Shown piece after piece: positions 17,496-27,514 of a stretch of 64,000 nucleotides of DNA. The stretch lies in the NCBI RefSeq assembly GCF_050320075.1, contig NZ_CP190018.1. One strand, written 5' to 3'. The stretch is from Escherichia coli (lineage in GTDB: Bacteria; Pseudomonadota; Gammaproteobacteria; Enterobacterales; Enterobacteriaceae). The notes under the pieces were generated by a model. It saw only the letters and a list, made by a program, of their open reading frames with translations, made no database searches and was not told the origin of the DNA. Numbering within the stretch: the stretch's first letter is position 1; the number at the start of each line of letters is the position of its first letter. Position numbers and translations under genes: made by a program.

Positions 17496-19529
17496 TCACG
17501 CGTCCGGGAACATCACGCTATGGCCCGGCGCTTCACGATGGAGATGGATAAAGTTAAGGTGCCGCTCGTACTGATCGAGAATATCGGTGATCACCTGCTC
17601 TTTGCTGTAGTCCATCAGGTCGTTGCCCTGGCTGCCTTCTAACAGGAAAGTTTCCAGCCGGTAGTAGGTCGATTTACCGCTACGTGCGCGGTAGGTAAAG
17701 CCCGGCACCGAATATTGCTGCGGCCAAATCTGATAGACAAAGTTTTGCTCTTCGCCCATATGCACCAACAAATCCAGATGCCCCAACTGTTGTCCCTCTT
17801 CCGGCGGCAGGCTTTTTAGCTCCACGTACGCGCCGCGCAACCGCAGCTCCTGCGCCACTTCTTCCATTGCCGGGTAACAGACCGTCTCCATCATCTGTTT
17901 AGTGTAACGCGTGCCCGGATAATTCATCAGGCGCGAGAGACGTTTTTTCCAGCTCAGGCGATCCTGAAGCCCCAGCGGTCGCGGCGCGGTATCACGGTTG
18001 GCACTTTCACGGCGGTAATCTTCTACCTTCAGAGATTTATACAACCCCGCCATCACGAAGAAAATCACAAAGCTGAACGGCAGCCCCATGATTACCGTGG
18101 TGTTTTGCAGCGCGGATATCCCGTTGGTCATCAGCATGCCGAGCGTCAGCAGGCCAATCGCCACCGACCAGAAGACGCGCAGCCAGCCGGGGGCGTCGCT
18201 GTTGATATCTTTAAGCTGCGAGGTGAAATTCCCCAGCACCAGCGCCCCGGAGTCCGCCGAGGTCACATAAAACAGCAGGCCAGTAATGGTGGCGACGGAG
18301 GCGCTAAAGGTAAACGCCGGATACTGCGCCAGCAGGCTGTAGAAGCCGCGCTCCGGATGGACCATCGCTTCCTCGGCAAATGCCGCGCCGCCGTGGATGA
18401 TTTCATACAGCGCGCTATTGCCGAACACCGAGAGCCATAACAGCGTGAAGGTAAACGGAATAATCAACGTGCCCAGCACGAACTGGCGAATGGTACGCCC
18501 ACGCGAGATACGCGCCAGGAACAGGCCGACAAACGGCGACCATGCCACCCACCATGCCCAGAAGAAGAGCGTCCAGTTATTCATCCACTCAACCGGACGG
18601 TCGAAGGCAAAACTGTTGAGCGTCATGCCCATAAAGCGATTCACATAGTCGCCAACGTTCAGCACCAGCGCATTAAGCAGGAACGAGGTGTCGCCCATAA
18701 ACAGCACGAACAGGATCAACCCCAGCGCCAGCGCAACGTTGAGTTCCGATAACACGCGAATGCCCTTATCGACACCGGAGGTGACAGAGATCGTGGCGAT
18801 GATCACCGACAAGGCGATCAGTGCCGCTTTCGCCGCCATTGAATCGGGAATATCAAACAGTACGCTCAAGCCATAGTTAAGCTGTACCACACCGATACCG
18901 AGCGTAGTGGCAATACCGAAGATGGTGCCGATTACCGCTGCAATATCCACTGAATGACCAATCGGCCCGTTAATCCGTTTACCGAAGATCGGGTACAGCG
19001 CCGAGCGGATGGTGAGCGGCAAATTATAACGATAGCTAAAGTATCCGAGCGCCATGCCCATCAGCGCATACATCGACCAGCCGGTTAAGCCGTAGTGAAA
19101 CAGCGTCCAGACCATCGCCTGACGCGCAGCCTCAATCGTCTGACCCGCGCCTTCCGGCGGCTGCATATACTGCGTTACCGGTTCGGCTACGGAGAAGAAC
19201 ATCAGGTCGATACCGATCCCGGCAGCAAACAGCATCGCCGCCCAACTCAGCAGACTGAATTCCGGTTTGGATTGTTCTGGCCCGAGCTTCACCGAACCAA
19301 AACGCGAACAAGCGATACAGACCACAAAGACAATATAGAGCGTTGCCGCCAGCAGATAGTACCAACCGAAGGTTTTAGAGACCCAGTCCAGCGTGCGTCC
19401 AATCCACAGGGCCGAGAAGTCGCGAAACAGGATCGTTGTCAGGGAAAACAACAAAATCAGTCCGGCGGAAGTGTAAAACACCACCGGATTGATTTTGTCC
19501 TTTTCCCTGCTGTGTGAAAGGTCTGTCAT
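17496..19529 (-). CDS. betT: Choline transporter BetT (BCCT family), 677 aa
   Basis: BCCT signature WTLFFWAWWVAWSPFVGLFLARISRGRTIR. Full-length match to the BetT I recall. Confidence 0.95.
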   Translation of the reverse strand: MTDLSHSREKDKINPVVFYTSAGLILLFSLTTILFRDFSALWIGRTLDWVSKTFGWYYLLAATLYIVFVVCIACSRFGSVKLGPEQSKPEFSLLSWAAMLFAAGIGIDLMFFSVAEPVTQYMQPPEGAGQTIEAARQAMVWTLFHYGLTGWSMYALMGMALGYFSYRYNLPLTIRSALYPIFGKRINGPIGHSVDIAAVIGTIFGIATTLGIGVVQLNYGLSVLFDIPDSMAAKAALIALSVIIATISVTSGVDKGIRVLSELNVALALGLILFVLFMGDTSFLLNALVLNVGDYVNRFMGMTLNSFAFDRPVEWMNNWTLFFWAWWVAWSPFVGLFLARISRGRTIRQFVLGTLIIPFTFTLLWLSVFGNSALYEIIHGGAAFAEEAMVHPERGFYSLLAQYPAFTFSASVATITGLLFYVTSADSGALVLGNFTSQLKDINSDAPGWLRVFWSVAIGLLTLGMLMTNGISALQNTTVIMGLPFSFVIFFVMAGLYKSLKVEDYRRESANRDTAPRPLGLQDRLSWKKRLSRLMNYPGTRYTKQMMETVCYPAMEEVAQELRLRGAYVELKSLPPEEGQQLGHLDLLVHMGEEQNFVYQIWPQQYSVPGFTYRARSGKSTYYRLETFLLEGSQGNDLMDYSKEQVITDILDQYERHLNFIHLHREAPGHSVMFPDA

Positions 19530-19594
19530 CCAGTATCCCCACTGTTATTGTTACCATTTAAAATCAAATTCGTAACAATTAAGACACATTTTAT

Positions 19595-19612
19595 ATTGAA
19601 CGTCCAATCAAT
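19595..19612. promoter_or_regulatory. Candidate BetI operator ATTGAACGTCCAATCAAT in the betT/betI divergent promoter region
   Basis: ATTGA...TCAAT inverted arms. The reverse complement TTGATTGGACGTTCAAT resembles BetI sites as I remember them. Confidence 0.4.
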
Positions 19613-19657
19613 AACCGCTTTAATAGATAAACAACGCTGATGAATGGAGTGGCGAAA

Positions 19658-20245
19658 ATGCCCAAATTGGGGATGCAGTCGATCCGGCGCAGACAACTGA
19701 TCGACGCCACGCTGGAAGCAATAAATGAAGTGGGCATGCACGATGCAACGATCGCGCAGATCGCCCGCCGTGCAGGCGTTTCTACGGGGATCATCAGCCA
19801 CTATTTCAGGGACAAAAATGGTCTGCTGGAAGCAACCATGCGCGATATCACCAGTCAGCTGCGTGACGCGGTTTTGAATCGATTACATGCACTTCCGCAG
19901 GGCAGTGCAGAGCAGCGATTATAGGCGATTGTTGACGGGAATTTCGATGAAACGCAGGTCAGTAATGCTGCGATGAAAGCCTGGTTGGCGTTTTGGGCCA
20001 GCAGTATGCATCAGCCAATGCTTTACCGTTTGCAGCAGGTGAGCAGCCGCCGCTTGTTGTCGAATCTGGTGAGCGAATTTCACCGCGAGTTACCGCGCCA
20101 ACAGGCACAGGAAGCGGGCTACGGCCTTGCCGCGCTGATTGACGGATTATGGCTGCGCGCGGCACTGAGCGGCAAACCGCTGGATAAACCTCTCGCACAC
20201 TCGCTGACCCGTCACTTTATTACTCAGCATTTACCCACCGATTAA
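19658..20245 (+). pseudogene. betI: betI (TetR-family repressor) with an in-frame TAG at codon 89
   Basis: [50 protein letters not shown]...SAEQRL, then TAG (19922-19924). The same frame continues [24 protein letters not shown]...HLPTD, and the total span is 195 codons, as in BetI. Confidence 0.85.
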
Positions 20246-20258
20246 CCGAGGAGACGTG

Positions 20259-21731
20259 ATGTCCCGAATGGCAGAACAGCAGCTTTATATACATGGTGGT
20301 TATACCTCCGCCACCAGCGGTCGCACCTTCGAGACCATTAACCCGGCCAACGGTAACGTGCTGGCGACCGTGCAGGCCGCCGGGCGTGAGGATGTCGATC
20401 GCGCCGTGAAGAGTGCCCAACAGGGGCAAAAAATCTGGGCGGCGATGACCGCTATGGAACGCTCGCGTATTCTGCGTCGGGCCGTTGATATTCTGCGTGA
20501 ACGCAATAACGAACTCGCAAAACTGGAAACCCTCGACACCGGAAAAGCGTATTCGGAAACCTCAACCGTCGATATCGTTACCGGCGCGGACGTGCTCGAG
20601 TACTACGCCGGGCTGATCCCGTCGCTGGAAGGCAGCCAGATCCCATTGCGTGAGACGTCATTTGTCTATACCCGCCGCGAACCGCTGGGCGTAGTGGCAG
20701 GGATTGGCGCATGGAACTACCCGATCCAGATTGCCCTGTGGAAATCCGCCCCGGCGCTGGCGGCAGGCAATGCAATGATCTTCAAACCGAGCGAAGTCAC
20801 CCCGCTTACCGCGTTAAAGCTGGCTGAAATTTACAGCGAAGCGGGCCTGCCGGACGGTGTATTTAACGTGTTGCCGGGCGTGGGCGCGGAGACCGGGCAA
20901 TATCTGACCGATCATCCGGGCATTGCCAAAGTGTCATTTACCGGCGGTGTCGCCAGCGGCAAAAAAGTGATGGCTAACTCGGCAGCTTCCTCCCTGAAAG
21001 AAGTGACCATGGAACTGGGCGGTAAATCGCCGCTGATCGTTTTCGACGATGCAGATCTCGATCTCGCCGCTGATATCGCCATGATGGCGAACTTCTTCAG
21101 CTCCGGTCAGGTGTGTACCAACGGCACCCGCGTCTTCGTTCCGGCGAAATGCAAAGCCGCATTTGAACAAAAGATTCTGGCGCGCGTTGAGCGCATTCGC
21201 GCGGGCGACGTTTTCGATCCGCAAACTAACTTTGGCCCGCTGGTCAGCTTCCCGCATCGCGATAACGTGCTGCGTTACATCGCCAAAGGCAAAGAGGAAG
21301 GCGCGCGCGTACTGTGCGGCGGCGATGTACTGAAAGGCGATGGCTTCGATAACGGCGCATGGGTTGCACCGACCGTGTTCACCGATTGCCGCGACGAAAT
21401 GACCATCGTGCGCGAAGAGATCTTCGGTCCGGTGATGTCGCTTCTCACTTATGAATCTGAGGACGAAGTGATTCGCCGCGCCAATGATACCGACTACGGC
21501 CTGGCGGCGGGCATCGTGACGGCGGACCTGAACCGCGCGCATCGCGTCATTCATCAGCTGGAAGCGGGTATTTGCTGGATCAACACCTGGGGCGAATCCC
21601 CTGCTGAGATGCCCGTTGGCGGCTACAAACACTCCGGCATTGGTCGCGAGAACGGCGTGATGACGCTCCAGAGTTACACCCAGGTGAAGTCCATCCAGGT
21701 TGAGATGGCTAAATTCCAGTCCATATTCTAA
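20259..21731 (+). CDS. betB: Betaine aldehyde dehydrogenase, 490 aa
   Basis: ALDH motifs [10 protein letters not shown] and [12 protein letters not shown]. Start at MSRMAEQQ. Confidence 0.95.
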
Positions 21732-21744
21732 CCAGGAGGTTTAT

Positions 21745-23415
21745 TTGCAATTTGACTACATCATTATTGGTGCCGGCTCAGCCGGCAACGTTCTCGCTAC
21801 CCGTCTGACTGAAGATCCGAACACAACCGTGCTGCTGCTTGAAGCAGGCGGCCCGGACTATCGCTTTGACTTCCGCACCCAGATGCCCGCCGCGCTGGCA
21901 TTCCCGCTACAGGGTAAACGCTATAACTGGGCCTATGAGACGGAACCGGAACCGTTTATGAACAACCGTCGCATGGAGTGCGGACGCGGTAAGGGGCTTG
22001 GCGGGTCATCACTGATCAACGGCATGTGTTACATCCGTGGTAACGCGCTGGATCTCGATAACTGGGCGCAAGAACCCGGTCTGGAGAACTGGAGTTATCT
22101 CGACTGCCTGCCCTACTACCGCAAGGCCGAGACTCGCGATGTAGGCGAGAACGACTACCACGGTGGCGATGGCCCGGTGAGCGTCACTACCTCCAAACCC
22201 GGCGTCAATCCGCTGTTTGAAGCGATGATTGAAGCGGGCGTGCAGGCAGGCTACCCGCGCACGGACGATCTCAACGGCTATCAGCAGGAAGGTTTTGGCC
22301 CGATGGATCGCACCGTCACGCCGCATGGCCGTCGCGCCAGCACCGCGCGTGGCTATCTCGATCAGGCCAAATCGCGCCCTAACCTGACCATTCGTACTCA
22401 CGCCATGACCGATCACATCATTTTTGACGGCAAACGCGCGGTGGGCGTCGAGTGGCTGGAAGGCGACAGCACCATTCCAACCCGCGCGACAGCGAATAAA
22501 GAGGTGCTGTTATGTGCAGGTGCGATCGCCTCTCCGCAGATCCTGCAACGTTCCGGCGTGGGTAGCGCTGAACTGCTGGCGGAGTTTGATATTCCGCTGG
22601 TGCATGATTTACCCGGCGTCGGCGAAAATCTTCAGGATCACCTGGAGATGTACCTGCAATATGAGTGCAAAGAACCGGTTTCCCTCTACCCTGCCCTGCA
22701 GTGGTGGAATCAGCCGAAAATCGGTGCGGAGTGGCTGTTTGGCGGCACCGGCGTTGGTGCCAGCAACCACTTTGAAGCAGGCGGATTTATTCGCAGCCGT
22801 GAGGAATTTGCGTGGCCGAATATTCAGTACCATTTCCTGCCAGTGGCGATTAACTATAACGGCTCGAACGCAGTGAAAGAGCACGGCTTCCAGTGCCACG
22901 TCGGATCGATGCGCTCGCCAAGCCGTGGGCATGTGCGGATTAAATCCCGCGACCCGCACCAGCATCCAGCGATTCTGTTTAACTACATGTCGCACGAGCA
23001 GGACTGGCAGGAGTTCCGCGACGCAATTCGCATCACCCGCGAGATCATGCATCAACCGGCGCTGGATCAGTATCGTGGCCGCGAAATCAGCCCCGGTGTC
23101 GAATGCCAGACGGATGAGCAGCTCGATGAGTTCGTGCGTAACCACGCCGAAACCGCCTTCCACCCGTGCGGTACCTGCAAAATGGGTTATGACGAGATGG
23201 CAGTGGTTGACGGCGAAGGCCGCGTACACGGGCTGGAAGGCCTGCGCGTGGTGGATGCGTCAATTATGCCGCAGATTATCACCGGCAATTTGAACGCCAC
23301 GACTATTATGATTGGCGAGAAAATGGCGGATATGATTCGCGGGAAGGATGCGTTGCCGAGGAGCACGGCGGGATATTATGTGGCAAATGGGAGGCCGGTG
23401 AGAGCGAAAAAATGA
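21745..23415 (+). CDS. betA: Choline dehydrogenase (GMC oxidoreductase), 556 aa from a TTG start
   Basis: [22 protein letters not shown] fold. The canonical N-terminus MQFDY corresponds to TTG at 21745, 5 nt after AGGAGG (21734-21739). The track's upstream ATG at 21700 lies inside betB. Confidence 0.9.
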   Translation: MQFDYIIIGAGSAGNVLATRLTEDPNTTVLLLEAGGPDYRFDFRTQMPAALAFPLQGKRYNWAYETEPEPFMNNRRMECGRGKGLGGSSLINGMCYIRGNALDLDNWAQEPGLENWSYLDCLPYYRKAETRDVGENDYHGGDGPVSVTTSKPGVNPLFEAMIEAGVQAGYPRTDDLNGYQQEGFGPMDRTVTPHGRRASTARGYLDQAKSRPNLTIRTHAMTDHIIFDGKRAVGVEWLEGDSTIPTRATANKEVLLCAGAIASPQILQRSGVGSAELLAEFDIPLVHDLPGVGENLQDHLEMYLQYECKEPVSLYPALQWWNQPKIGAEWLFGGTGVGASNHFEAGGFIRSREEFAWPNIQYHFLPVAINYNGSNAVKEHGFQCHVGSMRSPSRGHVRIKSRDPHQHPAILFNYMSHEQDWQEFRDAIRITREIMHQPALDQYRGREISPGVECQTDEQLDEFVRNHAETAFHPCGTCKMGYDEMAVVDGEGRVHGLEGLRVVDASIMPQIITGNLNATTIMIGEKMADMIRGKDALPRSTAGYYVANGRPVRAKK

Positions 23416-23512
23416 GTCGTGATGTGAACTGACTCAGGAACCTATCAGATTGAGAGTTACCGTTCTACTATGAGGACCGAATCCTTATATAAAACACTGA
23501 GGTAACTCTCAT

Positions 23513-23546
23513 GCTTCATATCCAGTATTCATGATGCTGGTTTTTT
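23513..23546 (+). terminator. Possible betA terminator
   Basis: Imperfect stem GCTTCAT/ATGATGC followed by TGGTTTTTT. It is preceded by a 10-bp long-loop inverted repeat, GAGAGTTACC...GGTAACTCTC (23452-23510). Confidence 0.35.
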
Positions 23547-23625
23547 GCTGATATTTAACCCGAACACTCCTGATACAGCCTATTAATTCATTTATCTGCG
23601 GCAGATTTTATTTTCTGGATATATT

Positions 23626-24294
23626 ATGAGTGAACAAATCAAACAGGATATCGATCTGATTGAGATTTTATTTTATCTGAAGAAAAAGATTCGTATTATC
23701 CTTTTTATTATAACTATCTGTATGGCAATGGTGCTGTTGTTTCTGTATATCAATAAAGATAATATAAAAGTGAGTTACAGCCTAAAAATAAACCAGACAA
23801 CACCAGGCATACTTGTTAGCTGTGATAGCAATAATAACTTTGCCTGTCAGACCACAATGACTGAAGATGTTATTCAGCGAATTACTACATTTTTTCAGAC
23901 CAGCCCAGATGTCAAGAACAGAGAAATAAAGCTGGAATGGTCAGGAGATAAGAGAGATTTACCAACTGCTGAAGCGGAAATATCTCGCGTGCAGGCGTCT
24001 ATTATCAAATGGTATGCGTCAGAATATCATAATGGCAGGCAAGTTCTCGATGAGATACAAACACCTTCAGCAATTAACAGTGAGCTTTATACAAAAATGA
24101 TATACCTGACCAGGAACTGGTCATTGTATCCGAACGGTGATGGCTGTGTAACTATAAGCTCACCAGAAATAAAAAATAAATACCCTGCTGCCATTTGCCT
24201 GGCTCTGGGATTTTTTATAAGCATTGTAATTTCTGTAATGTTTTGCCTTGTCAAAAAAATGGTAGATGAATACCAACAAAACTCTGGGCAGTAA
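23626..24294 (+). CDS. ykgH: Bitopic/two-TM membrane protein with Wzz-like (polysaccharide co-polymerase) end segments, 222 aa
   Basis: The N-terminus DIDLIEILFYLKKKIRIILFIITICMAMVLLFLY and the C-terminal TM AAICLALGFFISIVISVMFCLVKK resemble Wzz-family topology. Synteny with K-12 ykgH. Confidence 0.8.
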   Translation: MSEQIKQDIDLIEILFYLKKKIRIILFIITICMAMVLLFLYINKDNIKVSYSLKINQTTPGILVSCDSNNNFACQTTMTEDVIQRITTFFQTSPDVKNREIKLEWSGDKRDLPTAEAEISRVQASIIKWYASEYHNGRQVLDEIQTPSAINSELYTKMIYLTRNWSLYPNGDGCVTISSPEIKNKYPAAICLALGFFISIVISVMFCLVKKMVDEYQQNSGQ

Positions 24295-24391
24295 TAAACA
24301 GCATTCTGACAGAGAGTGCCTGTATAAAACTATAGTGACAATGACCGGGAAGGGAGCCCGTCTTCAGGAATGGATTCCTGTCTTTTTCACT

Positions 24392-24428
24392 GTAAATATC
24401 CTGGCATTACTAATGCCAGGATATTTAC
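24392..24428. other. Perfect 16-bp stem / 5-nt loop hairpin between convergent ykgH and ykgG
   Basis: GTAAATATCCTGGCAT tacta ATGCCAGGATATTTAC. There is no flanking U-tract on either strand. Confidence 0.4.
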
Positions 24429-24536
24429 AGAAGAGCAGCATAACCATGACGGAACGGGGTTAAGTCAGGTTGTCCTTAACGCTATTCACAACCTCGTATG
24501 CCGCCTTCAGGTTTATGTCCAGACTTCATATCTCTC

Positions 24537-25232
24537 TCAGCAATCCTCAATAATCAGATACACCGCTTTCACCGGGCCATGAACCCCGACGACTTTGATA
24601 AGCTCAATATCCGCCGTTGAACTAGGGCCGCTAATGATGTTAATGCAGGACGGCATTCGTTCACCGGCCTGCGCTTTCTGATGCAATTTTTCTGCGAGTT
24701 GCGCTACACGCGGCAGGATTGTGCTTTTACGCAGGATAAAAAGAGAAGATTCCGGGAGCAGGCTCAATGAACGCCCGCGCTCGGCGGCGGAAAAAAGAAC
24801 CACGCCTCCCGATTCGGTTAAACCATATTCAGCATACACGACACCCACTTTAGCCTGCTCTGCCTGCGAGATATTCTCGGCACCTTTCGCCGGATCCCAA
24901 ACAACGGCATTGCATTCCTGCTGCAAACGTTCGCTAATCCCTAATTCCTCCAGCCTCGTGTCATCGCTAATCACGACCGACTGATCTCCCAGCTCTTTAC
25001 ACAGTCGTATTGCAGCTTCTGCCGCCTGCGCCTCGCTGGTCAGTTCGCAGCGCGTCAACATAACATCGCTGGCAAACTGGATAAACGCGTCACAGCGCTG
25101 CTGTTGGTTAAGTTCGGTAAGCCGCTCGTTAGCATAGTTGTTAAGCGGCGCATCTTCTGCTTGCGGTTCAAGTCGCAGCGGGCGACCCAGTGCCTGAGCA
25201 ACGTTATTCAAAAATTCGCTCCGATTATCCAT
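24537..25232 (-). CDS. ykgG: LutC-like (LUD domain) protein, 231 aa
   Basis: Start at MDNRSEFLNNVAQALG (25232), overlapping the ykgF stop by 8 nt. Matches K-12 YkgG. Confidence 0.9.
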   Translation of the reverse strand: MDNRSEFLNNVAQALGRPLRLEPQAEDAPLNNYANERLTELNQQQRCDAFIQFASDVMLTRCELTSEAQAAEAAIRLCKELGDQSVVISDDTRLEELGISERLQQECNAVVWDPAKGAENISQAEQAKVGVVYAEYGLTESGGVVLFSAAERGRSLSLLPESSLFILRKSTILPRVAQLAEKLHQKAQAGERMPSCINIISGPSSTADIELIKVVGVHGPVKAVYLIIEDC

Positions 25233-26652
25233 TCTTTTTCTCCTGCGCCTGATGTTTCTTAAACCAACTACGGAAACTCTCTCCGTCAGCTTCAGGAAGA
25301 TCGCGTGCTTCCATCCAGTCGCTAATCGCGCCAAATTTGAGTGGTGTTTTGCCGCCATTGATAAACCAGCTTGCCGCATGAGCGCCGGCCATCATCCCGA
25401 CTTTCCACAATCCTGGATGACTATTGGCATAAGCGAACATTTTTATCGCCCGTTGCTCTGCTTTTGCGGTGATCCCTTTTTCAGCCATCACCCGACGATG
25501 ACGCAAAATCAGTTTTGACAGCGGAATACGCACCGGACACACGCTGTCACAAGCGGTGCATAAAGAGCAGGCGTAGGGTAAATCTTTAAAATCTTTATAG
25601 CCGCCAAGTAGCGGAGAAATCACCGCACCAATTGGCCCTGGATAAATAGAGCCATATCCATGACCGCCAATATGGCGATATGCCGGACAAGTATTCATAC
25701 AAGCCCCGCAGCGAATACAGCGCAGCACATCCCGAAATTCAGAGGCCAGCACCTCAGAACGCCCGTTATCGACAATAACCAGATGAAACTCTTCAGGACC
25801 ATCAACGTGCCCCGCTTCGCGCGGTCCTGTCAGCCAGGTGTTGTATCCCGTCAAACGTGCACCAACGGCACTGCGCGCCAGCATGGTGATCAATACATCT
25901 ACCTCGGCAAACGTGGGGGCAATACGCTCCATTCCCATCACTGCAATATGCGTTTTAGGCAGCGTGGTACACATTCGCGCATTACCTTCATTGGTCACCA
26001 GGCATACCGAACCTGTCTCTGCCACCGCGAAATTACAGCCGGTAATACCTATTTCAGCACTGAGGAAATCTTCGCGGATTTTTTGCCGGATGAATAAGGT
26101 CATTGCTTCAGGCGTTTCCGACCCCTCATAGCCCAGACGTTCGTGTAGCACCCGACGGATCTGATGGCGATCTTTATGAATTGCCGGGACCACAACATGA
26201 GAGGGCGGATCTTGATCCAGCTGGAGAATGTATTCACCCAGATCGGTTTCAATCACCTGAATGCCAGCATCCTGCAACACATGATTGACACCAATCTCTT
26301 CGGTCACCATCGATTTAGATTTCACCACCTTCCGGGCATTTTTGCGTTGGGCAACCTGTAAAATGTAGCGGGTAGCGTCTTCTTTGGTTTTTGCAAAATA
26401 GACGTGACCGCCGTTTTGCGTCACTTTTTCTGAGAGCTGGTACAGATAAGCGTCGAGATTACTCAGAACATGATCACGTATCTGGGCGGCCCGATCGCGC
26501 CACTCCTCCCAGTGCCCCAATTCATCGACCATTTTTTGCCGATTTGCCCCGATACGCTGCTGCGCGTTTGCCACCGCTTTGCGCATGATCGGATCTTCAA
26601 TTTGCTGACGGATGCGTGTCTTAAAATCTGTATTACTGGTTTTGATCGACAT
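25225..26652 (-). CDS. ykgF: LutB-like iron-sulfur protein, 475 aa
   Basis: Two ferredoxin-type clusters, CIRCGACMNTCP and CSLCTACDSVCP. Confidence 0.95.
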   Translation of the reverse strand: MSIKTSNTDFKTRIRQQIEDPIMRKAVANAQQRIGANRQKMVDELGHWEEWRDRAAQIRDHVLSNLDAYLYQLSEKVTQNGGHVYFAKTKEDATRYILQVAQRKNARKVVKSKSMVTEEIGVNHVLQDAGIQVIETDLGEYILQLDQDPPSHVVVPAIHKDRHQIRRVLHERLGYEGSETPEAMTLFIRQKIREDFLSAEIGITGCNFAVAETGSVCLVTNEGNARMCTTLPKTHIAVMGMERIAPTFAEVDVLITMLARSAVGARLTGYNTWLTGPREAGHVDGPEEFHLVIVDNGRSEVLASEFRDVLRCIRCGACMNTCPAYRHIGGHGYGSIYPGPIGAVISPLLGGYKDFKDLPYACSLCTACDSVCPVRIPLSKLILRHRRVMAEKGITAKAEQRAIKMFAYANSHPGLWKVGMMAGAHAASWFINGGKTPLKFGAISDWMEARDLPEADGESFRSWFKKHQAQEKKNG

Positions 26653-26662
26653 CTTTATATCC

Positions 26663-27382
26663 TCAGCAGCTCATCAACACTTCAGCAATATGCATCACTT
26701 TGACTTTCTGCCCTTCCCGTTGTAATCGCCCACTGATGTTCAGCAGGCAACTCACGTCAGCACCTATTAAATACTCAGGGCGGACTTCCATCAGGTGCGC
26801 AACCTTTTCTTTCACCATCTCGCCGGATATTTCGGCCATTTTGACCGAGAACGTGCCGCCAAATCCGCAGCAGGTATCCTGTTCAGCAAAGGTCAACAGC
26901 TCCAGTCCACGCACATTTTTCAGCAGCGTAAGTGGCTCGTCCTTCACCCCCAGCTTACGGGCCAGGCTACAAGATGGGTGATACACCGCTCTCCCTTGCA
27001 AACTGGCACCTACATCGACTACCCCTAATGTATTAACAATAAAAGAGGTGAGATCCTGCATACGCGCGGCAACCTTTTCGGCACGTGATGCCCATTCAGG
27101 CTCATCCGCCAGATACGTTGGGTAACTTTTTACGGCATAGGTACAGGAGCCAGCCGGTGAAATAATGGGATCGTCGTTATCCTCCAGTGCGGCGATCAGA
27201 TTTTTCATCCCTGGAATCGCTTCTTTGATATAACCACTATTGATCGCAGGCTGACCGCAGCATCCTTGTTTCTCCGGGAAATTTACGCGACAGCCGAGTT
27301 TTTCCAGTAGCAGCACGGAGTCTCGTGCCATTCTTGATTTCAGGGCGTCACCAATACAGGTGACAAAGAAATTGACATTCAC
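26663..27382 (-). CDS. ykgE: LutA-like cysteine-rich (CCG domain) protein, 239 aa, GTG start
   Basis: CCGQPAINSG and CCGFGGTF motifs. First gene of ykgEFG. Confidence 0.9.
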   Translation of the reverse strand: MNVNFFVTCIGDALKSRMARDSVLLLEKLGCRVNFPEKQGCCGQPAINSGYIKEAIPGMKNLIAALEDNDDPIISPAGSCTYAVKSYPTYLADEPEWASRAEKVAARMQDLTSFIVNTLGVVDVGASLQGRAVYHPSCSLARKLGVKDEPLTLLKNVRGLELLTFAEQDTCCGFGGTFSVKMAEISGEMVKEKVAHLMEVRPEYLIGADVSCLLNISGRLQREGQKVKVMHIAEVLMSC

Positions 27383-27495
27383 AACTAATACTCCATTACT
27401 TCATGCCCATTTATGCCCGATGGTTCCCCCCACCGGGGGATCAATCATCAATAAATATGGCGTTCTTTTTTAATTGGCTAGCAACATACCACCCC

Positions 27496-27514
27496 TCATT
27501 TGTATGACAAATGA
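27496..27514. promoter_or_regulatory. Perfect palindrome TCATTTGT-atg-ACAAATGA upstream of ykgE (GntR-type operator shape)
   Basis: The 8-bp arms are exact reverse complements with a GT-N3-AC core. It lies ~115-130 bp upstream of the ykgE start. Confidence 0.35.
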
